A stretch of DNA of 64,000 nucleotides from the NCBI GenBank assembly GCA_016748015.1, contig JAAOMT010000283.1:376108-440107 (forward strand), written 5' to 3'. The DNA is from Geosiphon pyriformis uo1 (lineage: Eukaryota; Fungi; Glomeromycota). How positions within the stretch are numbered: position 1 is the first letter of the stretch; every line of letters starts with the position of its first letter. Positions 52,600 to 64,000 of this stretch are shown here, in pieces. The position numbers and the translations under genes were made by a program. Below the pieces are notes generated by a model. It did not search any database. It was not told the origin of the DNA and worked only from the letters and a program-made list of their open reading frames with translations.

Positions 52600-53990
52600 G
52601 TATTAATAATGCAATCAAAAATTATTAATAGAAGCTTTTCATAAATATTGATATATTCAATTTAAATATAGTAACACTTAATAAAATAGGAATAATTTCC
52701 ATAACATGATCTAAATTAAATAAAAAATTATAAATATATATAATATAAATAATATAACCAAATAAACAATTAAATAAGATTTAAAAAATAATTAAATTAA
52801 ATAGACTTATTTTGTAAATGAATAAAATATACAATTTTTAAGTTAATAAATAAAATATTATAAAAAAAAGCAAAATAAAAATAAAAATAACATTTTAATA
52901 AATTATAATTAATATAAGGAATTGCTAAATTGACCCATTAGCAACACGTGATATTAATATATATAGAATTTTAATATTTATTTATTAGTAATTTTAATAA
53001 ATATTAGTTTAATTAAAAAAAAAATTTTTTTTCTTATATATTTAATTTTTTATTATGCTTTAAGTAATTTATAGTGTTTTATAATTAAAAAACACTTCGT
53101 TGTGAACAGATTCGAATATTATGGCCTTGTTTTTTACAAATTTTACATTTACATACTTGAATTTGAGAAAAAACATTTTTAAAAATTTTAAATTGGAATA
53201 AATTTTATTGAACTAATAATTCTTAATGAGCAATATTTTGTTGAAAGCAATTTAAAGCACCTAAAAAATATTTTCAAGTTTATTGATTAAAAAAATTCTC
53301 AATTACAAAAAATATGATTAAATCTAAATTAATTGAATATATATTGTTTTTTGTTAATATAGAATTAAAAATTAATATATTTTATTTATTTTTTTAAACA
53401 ATAAATTCAAATTTAGAATAACTATTAGAATATTAACTTCAAAATTAATCATTTTAAAAATATAATTTGTATTTATTAAATGCCAAATAAAATAAAACTG
53501 ATTTATAGAAAAAATTTTTATTAAAAAACATATTTTAAATTTAATATTTATATAAAAAACCTATTATTATCGAAAAAATACCAAAGCAAAATATTATATT
53601 ATTATCCAATAGTTTTTATACAAAAAAATACTATTTATAAACTGTTTTTAAGACAAAGATTAAAACTTGTTATACAATATTTCTTTAAATATTTCCAATA
53701 ATTTGGTAATTAAGTTGCTGTTTTTTATTATTAATCTTCTAATACAAGTTTTTAAAAACATTATATTCATTTTTTTAATTATATTTAAAGATAATATAAG
53801 TATTATTAACAGCAAAACAGATAATTTTATAACTACATATACTTAAAAATATATAAAAATATTAAGATTTTGTATTATTATTTTATAAAAATTATATAAT
53901 ATTTTTAAAGATAATAATATTATATAAATATAATTTATAATTTTATAAAAAAAGAGTTTGTTCAAATTTAATTTAGTAAAAACTCATTCA
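52600..53990. other. Extremely AT-rich intergenic spacer upstream of the kinase gene
   Basis: Long A/T runs, no ORFs in the track; similar tract at 47095-47600. Confidence 0.8.
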
Positions 53991-53999
53991 GATATTAGG

Positions 54000-56084
54000 T
54001 TTTTTGCTAATATAGTTTTAAGAAAAACTATTTCAGATAAACAATTTTTCTACTTGGTTTTAGCAGTTTTGCATTTTATTGTTAATTACAAGATTCAATT
54101 TAGTTTTGTTTTTAAGAATGTATATAATAAGTAGGATATATTAATCATGAAAGATTTAAAAATAAAAAATGTCTTGTCCAAAAACTTTCCCAATAAGGCT
54201 TTTTATTATCTATCTTTATATAGTTTAAAATCTTTTGAACAAATGCAGATAGAGAGTAAGTTGGCCTTAGTGCTGTTTTTTAAATATTAATAGTATTCTT
54301 AGTTATTTGTTTAGTCATTAATATCTTAATTTACAAGTTTTAAGTTGGTCTCCAGTACATTTTTTACAGTCTTTTGTTAAGTTGAGAATCAGTCTGGTTA
54401 ATAATTTTCTAGTTAATATGATAGAATTTTTTTTGGATTATGATATATTTCTTAAAAACAGTCTTTCTTCTGTTTTTTGGTTCTTAGAAAGCACTTTAAT
54501 GTTTTTTGTTTTGGAGAAATCAGTGTTTTATGATGTTTACAAATTACTTAAAAAATTTGGTATCATCTTTATTAAACAATTATATAATAAAAAGATTGTA
54601 GTTTTTGATTGAAAAAGTTTTTATCATTGAAAAAGACTTGATTCTTAGAGTCTTGTTCTTGTATGATTCAAATTAGCATGCAAATTTCTGGTCAACTTTT
54701 CTTGTTATCTTACTGCACAGTTTTTTATTGGATCTTTTCAATATTCAAATGCTTTTGTTCTGATGGCTTTTCTATAGTATAGCAGTATTATTCTGATACT
54801 GGTTTAAATATTATCAATGTTTACATAAATAGATTTTTGAAAGATTTAAGTACATACAAGATAAGATATAGTGCAGCTGCATTTTTTGTGTATTTAAATA
54901 TGAGCATAGATGTTGAGATTAGTAGTTTGATTTTTTCTATGTTGGCTAAGTTGCAAGCAATTGCTCTGGCTTTAAAATATGTTCTTGCAAATAGTAGTTT
55001 TGTAATATATTTGGATAGTCAAACTGTTTTAAATGCTTGTAATACTGAACCAAGATTGGTTCTATTAAATTTTTGCAATTGATATTGGATGAAAAACTGT
55101 AATATAATAAACTTTATTAGAAATAAGAAGCTTAATGTTTTTTGGTCTAAAATTAAAAGCCATTTAGAAGTCTCAGACAATGAACATATTAATAAGTTGG
55201 CTAACTTAACTTTGTGCTCGAATTTAATTCTTTCTATTCTTATTAAGAAGGTTTACATTAAAACTGGTAGGATAAAAGTATTTAGAAATGTTTGTTATTT
55301 TGTATATAATATCTTTAAGACTATTCATCAAGCTTGTTGGGAAGTAGAACTTAGATCTAATGTTATTAATACAAACATAGTTGGAAATATGAATTGGATT
55401 TAGACTTTTTTAGTTTGGTATTTTGATTTACATATAACATTTGACTTCATAAGTAAATCTATTATTAATTTATACTTATATTTTATGAAGGCTTTATACT
55501 GTTATTTGCTGGTCGTTAGAAGACACTTGTATAATAAGACTTATTTCAATGTGTTGTGTCTTTATTGTAAGAAGGTAGAACTTCCAGATTATTTATTTAT
55601 ATATGTAATAAACTTTGCTATTTATATGGACTTACTCAACTTTCATATAATTTAGTAGGCTATTATATCAGAATTGTGCCTATTTTTATCTTGTGTCATA
55701 CAAACACTTTTCACATATGCTTTTAATTTAGAAATATATACTATTTTGTACAAGAGTTTTGTATTTAAGAATTGATATCTAAAGACTTTATTTGTGTTTG
55801 GTTGTACTAAAATTGCTAGTAATATGATTATTAAATTAGTAAGAGACTTGGAAATAGTTTATTAAATAAAAATGTAGATAATAAGAGCTAAATTTAAAGC
55901 AATAATAAGAAAAAAAGGTTTGATTATGAGTAATAATTCAATATCTTCAGAGACTTATAAGTTTCCTTTATTGTTTTTTGATGGTGTTATTAAATTGCTT
56001 GGCATTTGTAAAGACACATAAAGTTGGTTTTGGTTTTTGTAAGTTTTACAGTTTTTTTTCTGGTATTAATAACACAATATCTGT
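54000..56084 (+). pseudogene. Heavily decayed LINE ORF2 3' half (post-RT region, RNase H, zinc finger)
   Basis: LQAIALAL...IYLDSQ (54837-55082), WSKIKSHL..DNEH.NKLA (55089-55403), CLYC..VE.PD motif. Confidence 0.78.
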
Positions 56085-59000
56085 TGTTACTTATAAAAGA
56101 AAAACATATAAAGAAAATAGTAAAAAAAACAAATAGACCAATAGGAGAGTAATAGTTAGCACATAAGTATATTGCTCAAGAAATTATAACACATTGCTTA
56201 AGAATATGAGTGATCTCATAAAACCTAAATTATGTATATATAGCAAGAACAGTAGAAACAGAAAAAACAAGATTTATTTTATCTAAACCACTTAGTTTAG
56301 ATTTTATCTAAGCAATCTTCCAAAATCACAAATATCAATAAATAATTATTTGTTATCTCAATCCATTTTCTACAATCAACACTTCATGTTGATAGTAACA
56401 AATACTTAACCATACTAGAACAATAGCTTTTGATTATGGCTATTGATGGAATACTAATTTATATTTGTCTTGGTTTATTTTTTTCTTTTATCATTTTTTT
56501 TTTTTATTATTTTGTTTCTTGTTGTCTACTAATTAATTAAAAATCATATGTGAAATAATTAACATTAAGGATAGTCTGGTAAAAGACCCCAAAGGAAGGG
56601 TATAGAGTGTAAGAATTTAAGAATAGCTTACCAAAAGGGCATCTCTGCCAGATTACTAGCCATTACATTAAGAAAAAAATTCGATGAAATTGTAATTCTA
56701 GAAGGCTACTAAAACACTATTAAATCTCTATTCATTATACAAAAAACTTAACCAAAACCTTCAAATAAAAAACCTTCAGAAATCAATACCAAATCAGCTA
56801 TTAAGCACCAAGTTACAGATTTGTTATTTGATTTGAGACCCCAAATAATTACTTGTAACATTTGGTGCTTCCTGTAAGATATAGTCCTACAGAGAACTAG
56901 TACTAACAACAATCATCCAAAAGTGGCAAAATCAAAAAAAATAAAGACAAACCATTTAAGATACACCAAATTCTTATTTCAGCATTATTGTTAATACTTG
57001 GAATTAACCAACAATTACCTATTAACAGAATCTATCTTCAACTTCTACATCAATAAGAGAATTTTTTATTTGCTAGGAGTACTTGTAGAAACTGACTTTG
57101 CAAGAAGAAATTTTTACAATGAATTAATCCAAAATACCAGTTTACCAGTAAATTATAACTTTACAGCAATCTTCACTAAAATCAATAGAAAAATTAAAAA
57201 TCATACTTAATAAAGATACCCCATCACCTATGCAAACAAAGGCAAAGGAAAATTACAAACATTAGCAGTAATACTTCAAAAAATACAACCACCCACTTGG
57301 AAGAAAACAAGACTTAAATTATTAAACAATTCATTATATCATTATAATCTAGAAGTGCCATCAATATTTTATCAGTAGACACATCTACATCAAACATAAA
57401 AACACTATTGGCACAGATATCATTCCAAAATAAACAATCAAAAGCCAACTTATTAGGAACTTATGGCAAATATTTTGAGAGATTTAAATTGCAATTGCCA
57501 ATGCCATCAAGATTTTGATTACCATTACCACCACCAGATTTCGGAACTATGAGTCCTTAGAAAATAACTGAATCAGAGGAAAAAGAAGATAAGGATCAAG
57601 AATTTAATTATCAAAATCTGATCTCAGAAAACCTGAAAGTTGAAACCCCAAATATTCAAACTCAGAAAAATCAGAACAATCCAAATTCTGATCTTATTAA
57701 TTAGCAATACTTATTTTCAGTAATCATGATTAATCAGCCACCAATTGAACTGATTGCTGAACTGATTCAACAGCCATAAGTACCACTTTAACAACAACCA
57801 CAACAACCATCACAACAACAACCAATGGCATACACACCAATTACCAAAATCAAAAAATTCACTGGTGAAAAAGATAATATGCAAATGTAACTAAATAATG
57901 TGGAAAAAGCTATCACAGTTAACAGATGGAATGATGCCAAAACACTTTAAGCCATCCCATATTTCTTACAGGATACTGCTGATTTCTGGCATCAGAGTTT
58001 GGCCCAGAAACCCCAAACTTTTAATGCATTCAAGCTAGAATTTCTAAGATATTTTAGCAATAACAACAGTATTAATTGCTTGGTTAATATATTCACCACT
58101 ATTAAGCAAGAAGACACAGAAGCAGTTACCATATACTTGGAACACTTCCATAGAAATTTGTGCCAGATTTAAGCCATCGATGCTGATTATTTCACAGTAG
58201 TCCAGATTCTGAATCAGTTCATTCGCAGATTATACAACAGCATCCTGCAATGTATACATCCACTATACTTAGCCAATATTTAAGCAATAGTCACCCATGC
58301 CAGAAATTTTGAAGCTGCCAAATTAGAAGCCAACCATGCCCAAGCTGTAAATCTAGTAATGAATAGATTATCTGAATTGAATTCCAAATTGAAACAATTT
58401 AGTGATTCAATTAATCAGAAACTAGAAGAGTACTTAGCTAACAACAATCAGATAATATATCAACCACTCTAATGTTATGACAATTCCAAAACTATCAATC
58501 AACACCAAAATCAGTCATGTCCAGTGTTAGCATGACTATTATGACAGCAAAAAACATGTATCTGCCACTATTGTAATAAACAAGAACATTTGCAATTTGA
58601 ATGTCACAAAAGAATAAGCAACCAATGATCAAGAAATCAATATTGAAACCCCAATTACCCATTTTAAACTCCAAATTATCAACCAAATCCAGAAACATAT
58701 AAACTAAATTACTTATCAATGATGCAGCAGCCAATTTATCAACCATCCATTTATCAAACTTTAGTACCAGTTGTTTATTAATTACCACAGCCACAAATAA
58801 TTTATCAAACACTAGCAATTCTAATACTATCACCAAACTCAGCTCAAATGACATCAAGAAATCCCAGATCAAGGGTCACTCAAAACTGGAGATCAGTAAT
58901 AATTGTTCACTAACCAATTTCCAGCTCTTTCAACCAATTATCAAGATCACAACAGTGGAGTTTAGAAACCAGTTATTCTCAAAACCTGAATTCTCAGAAC

Positions 59001-59957
59001 TATTTAAGTCTCTTAGTAACCCCAGAAGACACTTAATCCAAAAACCTAAAACCCAACCCACAGCAGCCACTTATCAGTAACATTTTATTAGTAACTGTTA
59101 CTAATGACAAATTATTAGCAGCAATTTTTCCCTTTAAAAACAAGAAACCAGCAAAAACACTTCTTTTTAGTGAAGTTGCTCTTGATACAAAACCTATTAC
59201 TGCAATGTACACTAATGTCAAAGCTAATGGTCAGTTCATTAAACTGATCCTTGATAATGGGTCAGCAGACAGCATCATCACATAACAACTTATAAACCAA
59301 TTAGGTTGCTGAGTTGATTGTACTGTCAGTGCTTGAATCATTACAGCCAATGAAGTAACCAAAACTCCTATTGATGAAATTAATGACTTCTCTTTTAAAG
59401 TCAATAGCATTATCACTTCCATCAAAGTTTTGGTGATAAAAGCAACACAATAACAAGCACTAGTTAACAACAACTGGTTGTTTAAAATCAATGCAGTATT
59501 TGATTAGATCATGCAAAAGCTCCAACTCAGTTAAAATGGTTAGCATACATGTGTACCAGCCACATACAGCCACTTTTAGATAAACACTACCCCAACACCA
59601 CTTATAGAATTAGAAGAAGAAGAAAACAAACCTACTTGAGAAGCTTATTAAGTGTCATAGGCTAATACTAATCACAACAAATTGCCACTAATACTCTTTT
59701 GAGATGACAAAAAAAAAGAAAAAGAAAAATACAAGTGACAAGAAAACACTACCAACTGTAACACTACTAGTAATTAGAAAAGATCCTATTTGACTAACAC
59801 CAGACCAAAACCACCATATATTCCTCTTAAGTACAAGGACTGCAAGAAAAAGCTGTCCTCTATAGGAGCCTGAGTTGCTCCAGATGAAGACTACTAAATA
59901 CACATGTACTATTACTATAAGTTATATCACCATAAATGCTACAGCTACCCAAAATGC
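56085..59957 (+). mobile_element. Family C copy (LTR 56085-56860, PBS 56863, gag, protease, start of Cys-rich domain), truncated by family A
   Basis: Collinear with 15496-20545 but without the LTR D insertion. Confidence 0.92.
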
Positions 59958-62900
59958 TGTTATGGGTTGAAGTAACAAGCTAACAGATAGCAAAGGAGAA
60001 CAGGATTGTAGGGTGATAGAAATAATCAAAGGGGAATTTAACTTCAAAGAGCGAATTGAATAAGTATGAATTCAATATGCGAGATCAGTTTCATAAAATA
60101 TCTCAATCATTATACTTTTCAAAGGTAACCGAAGAATCTGAAGATAAAAGGATAGTCCATACTGTCAACAAATGATCACACTTGGTATAATTCTATGCCT
60201 TATGTTGACACTCTTAGAATTCAATATCAAGTATCAAATGTGCTCTTCAGTCACGTTTTATTCAATAATTTTTAATTACTTTGTTTAATCATTTCAGGAA
60301 AAGGCAGATAAACACCAACAAGAGATTTTTTATCCAAAAAATGTTCAGATACTTGAAGGTAGGAAAAGAGAAATTAATGATAAGAGAATGTTTGAGATGA
60401 AAGTTGTTTTATTATATTTCTTTGATTGTTGGGAACATACTTTTCTACAGCTAAGAGACTCATTGCTTATATAGCTATGAAAAGTGGTCAATGATCAGAT
60501 CAATGATCAGGTCAATAATCAGGTCAATGATCAGATCAATGGTTAGGTCATTGATTAGATCAATGATCAGGTCAATAATCAGGTTAATAATTACTATCTA
60601 AAAATAGGTTGGCTAATTATATGACATCAGTGGCTAATACATTTGATAATTAATAAAAACTATGAGTTTCAATTGTAACATTATCCTCTCCAAAGAGATT
60701 GAACTCTGGCGAAATCAAACTATTTATGGAATATTCTAATTGAAGAGTTTTGGCTCTTCTGGCAATAGTCAAAGCTCTTAGGACATCCAACTATATAATG
60801 TTCAAAATTTTCACTTGTATCTCAGAAGTTGTTTTCTTTATAAGCTTCATGTCTTCTATGATTTTACCAAGGCAACTATAGAGCTCTAGTTGTCTTTCAT
60901 ATGACAAGTTTTTGTCTATGGGCAAGATTTTTTTAATCGTTTTTCCAATTGTAGTGGAAGGTACAAGTATGTTTTCTAACAGATACTTATCTATTTTGCT
61001 ACCAATTTTTTCTCTTCTGGTAGTTGTTTTCTTTGGTCTAATAACAGTATAAGTTCCACTGTTGTCAGTTATTGTGGTCTGTTTTCCAATAGTCAGGATA
61101 GCATTTGGATAGTTTTTGATCCAATACTCATGAAGAGTATAAAAAGCGTTTTGAATGTTTTAATCCAGAAAATAATTGTTCATGTTAATTGAAGATATTT
61201 CTGTTTTGGGAATGGTGCATTTATTTATACTTGGTTTTTGCTGATCATTTGGGTCAGTATTACCACAACTAGTAACCATTTAAGTCGTTTGTGATATTTC
61301 TTGAGTCGCGTGTTATAAACAGGACAATTATTAAAAATTGTTCCGGATTGATTTTGAAAAATATAAGAACCATTGTTTAAAACTTTGTTGACTATAAAAA
61401 GACCTTTCCACCGGCTAGAGAATTTATTATCATTGTCTTTGTCTGAGTGGTATTTCAAAACTAAGTCACCAATACTTAAAAAAAGTGTTTTATAAGTTTT
61501 CTTCTTTTTAAGCTTTTCTTAGAACTGTTTTATCATTTCAAAAGCAATTATTCATGCTTTTACAAGTGAGTCAAGAATGGTACCAAGTTTTTTTTGCAAA
61601 ATGTCTTTGTAATTCCCTATTGTAATCTCTTCAAAGAATATTATCTCAATATCAGTTTTTATTGGTGGTATTGCTATTCATTCATAGAGCAGATAAAAAG
61701 ATTCATAACTTGTTATGTTATGATTCACAGTTCTATAAGCAAACAAAGCTGAAGGCAGTACTTTGTCTTATAAGTTTGTTTCTTCACTTGTTTTGGCTAG
61801 GGTTTCACACAGTGTTCTATTGAAATGTTCTACTAGACCATTTGTTTGGGGGTAATAAGGGGAAAAAAGTTTGTGATGTATTCCCATTTTTCTACAAAGT
61901 TCTTCAACCAGTGTACTGAGAAAAGCTCTTCCTCTATCAAATAATAGTTCTTTGGGGCAGCCATGGCAACAAATAATATCTTCATAAATGAAATTGGCTA
62001 TTGAGACTGCTGTTTGATCTGAAGTGGCTCTTGCTTCTACCCACTTTGTAAGATAGTCGGTAGCTGTAATGATGTATCTGTTGCCATCAGGAGTTACTGT
62101 TAAAGATCCAACAACATCTATACCAATTCTGTCAAATGGTTGACCAACAGAGATTGGATGAATATCTTCTTTGTGATTGGGTTTTCCTTTTCTTTGGCAG
62201 GTATCACAGATTTTAATGTATTTAGCAATGTCTTTTCCCAAGATAGGCCAATAATAGCAAGCTAAGATTTTCCAAATTGTTTTTGTTTTTCCAAAGTATC
62301 TAGCTAATAAATCAGTGTGCATATTGTAGATTACAATTTCTTTTTCTTTAAATCTTATGACTCTCTAAAGACGGTTAGAATCTTTTCTATTTCTTTTGTA
62401 TAACTGGTTCTGGCGAATCAAATAGAATTTTGATTGTTTGTGCAAATATTTTCTTTGCTGTCAATTGTATTCTGGTGGGTATTGTCCTTTACCCAAAAAT
62501 TCCATTAAGGCAGAGTAGTTGTCTAAGTTCATTATCATGTTTGTTTGTGGGAGAGTTACTAATAATTAGTTTGGTTTAGTTTGAAGTGGTTGTACTGTCA
62601 CTTGGTGGTAAGTCTGGAGAGAGTGTCAGCATTTTGATGATTAGCTCCTTTGTGATATTGAATATTATAGTTGAATTCATCCAAGTAGAGTATCCAGTAA
62701 GTTAATTTTTTGTGTTCTAGCTTCTTTTTGTTGTGCAGCCAAACCAAAGCTTGGTGATCTGTTACTACCAAGAATTTGGCACCAAGAAGATATTTGTTTT
62801 AATAACTAGTAGTCCATACTACTGCCAGACATTTTTGTTCAGTCACTGAGTAGTTCTGCTTTGCTGGTGAGAGAGTTCTACTGGCATATGCTATGGCATG

Positions 62901-64000
62901 TTCTTTGTCATCTTCATCTTTCTGGGATAGAACAGCTCCAAGTCCATAGCCAGATGCATCAGTGTGGAAAATGAAAGATTGATCTAGATCAGGTTGCTTC
63001 AGAATTGGTTCAGTAACTAGTTTTTTCTTTAGAGTTTTAAAAGCTTTTTGTTGGTGTGTGCCCCAATAGTAGTTAACATTTTTTCTGAATAGCTGATTAA
63101 GTGGAACAGCTATTTTGGAGAAATCCTTGACAAATTTGCAATAATAGAAAGTCAAACCAAGGAAAGAGCATAGTTCATGAACATTCATTGGTTGTCTAAT
63201 GTTCTGGACTTTTTCAATCTTAGCTGGGTCAGGAAAGATTCTATCTTTTGTGATAAAATGACCAAGGAATTGGGTAGATTGTCTTCTAAAGAAAGATTTG
63301 ATTGGGTTGATCTTGAGACCTGCATTTCTGAGAAAATCAAAAACCTTTTGCAAATATACAAGATGTTCATCTCAGGTTTTTGAGTACACTATTATATTGT
63401 CCAAATAGACCAAAACAAAGTTTTTTTTCACTGATTTAAATACTTTATCTATTAAGTATTGAAAGGTGGGAGAGGCATTGGTGAGACCAGAAGGCATGAC
63501 TGTGAATTCATAGATGCCATACTTGGTAATAAAGGCAGTTTTCTTCTGGCTTTCTGGATCCATCTCTACTTGCCAGAATTCAATAGTTAGATCAATGGTT
63601 GAAAAGAAAGCAGCATCTTTGAATTGGTCCAGCATTGCATTAATCTTGGGAAGTGAGTATATGTCTCTTTTAGTGATGGTATTTAATTGGCAGTAATCAA
63701 CACAGAAGCATAGGGTTCCACTTTTCTTGGATATTACTACAACTGGAAAAACCCATTCACTCTTGGTTTTTTGTATAAATCCAAGTTCTTTTATCTGGTT
63801 TATCTCTTTCTTGATGAACTCATCATTGTGCCAATTGGATTAATATGGCTTCAAATGGATGGAGTGAGTTTCTTTGATGGTGATAGTGTGTTGTATTACA
63901 TGGGTTTGTTCAGAGGTATCACTTTCTTTTGAGATAACTGGGCTATTTCTAGCCAGCAGATTTTTAATGTCTATCTTTCTTTCTTCTGGGGAGGGTTTTC
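59958..64000 (-). mobile_element. Family A copy 4 (RT, RNase H, integrase, partly deleted ORF3, PPT, 3' LTR 59958-60680); runs off the window
   Basis: ORFs 63372-63635, 62799-63353, 61768-62322, 61225-61458; PPT GGAGAGGATAA; intact TG..CA termini. Confidence 0.95.

Overview
AT-rich eukaryotic, probably fungal, genomic DNA. The repeat proteins and gene style resemble Glomeromycota; this is inference and the species cannot be fixed from the sequence. Most of the window is a nested pile of decayed retroelements. Three Ty3/Gypsy LTR families are present, here called A, B and C, plus a solo LTR of a fourth family (D), several LINE-type fragments (RNase H + zinc finger), and two inverted copies of an ORF1-only RRM/zinc-knuckle retroelement. 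One intact host gene is present: a 9-exon KIN4/Ppk1-like Ser/Thr kinase with a C-terminal KA1 domain (47840-52124, minus strand). It sits in a CpG-rich island between very AT-rich spacers, whereas the repeats are strongly CpG-depleted and full of C>T/G>A changes. The most notable observations concern the Gypsy elements: (i) a shared, soluble-looking third ORF in the env position in all three families; (ii) a Cys-rich domain plus dUTPase between protease and RT in families B and C; (iii) integrase apparently in its own ORF in family A; (iv) 4-bp target sites all centred on CG/TG/CA/TA, several demonstrably CpG at origin, including two insertions at the identical RT nucleotide. LTR ends, TSDs and exon borders were read by eye. 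Internal domain borders are approximate.
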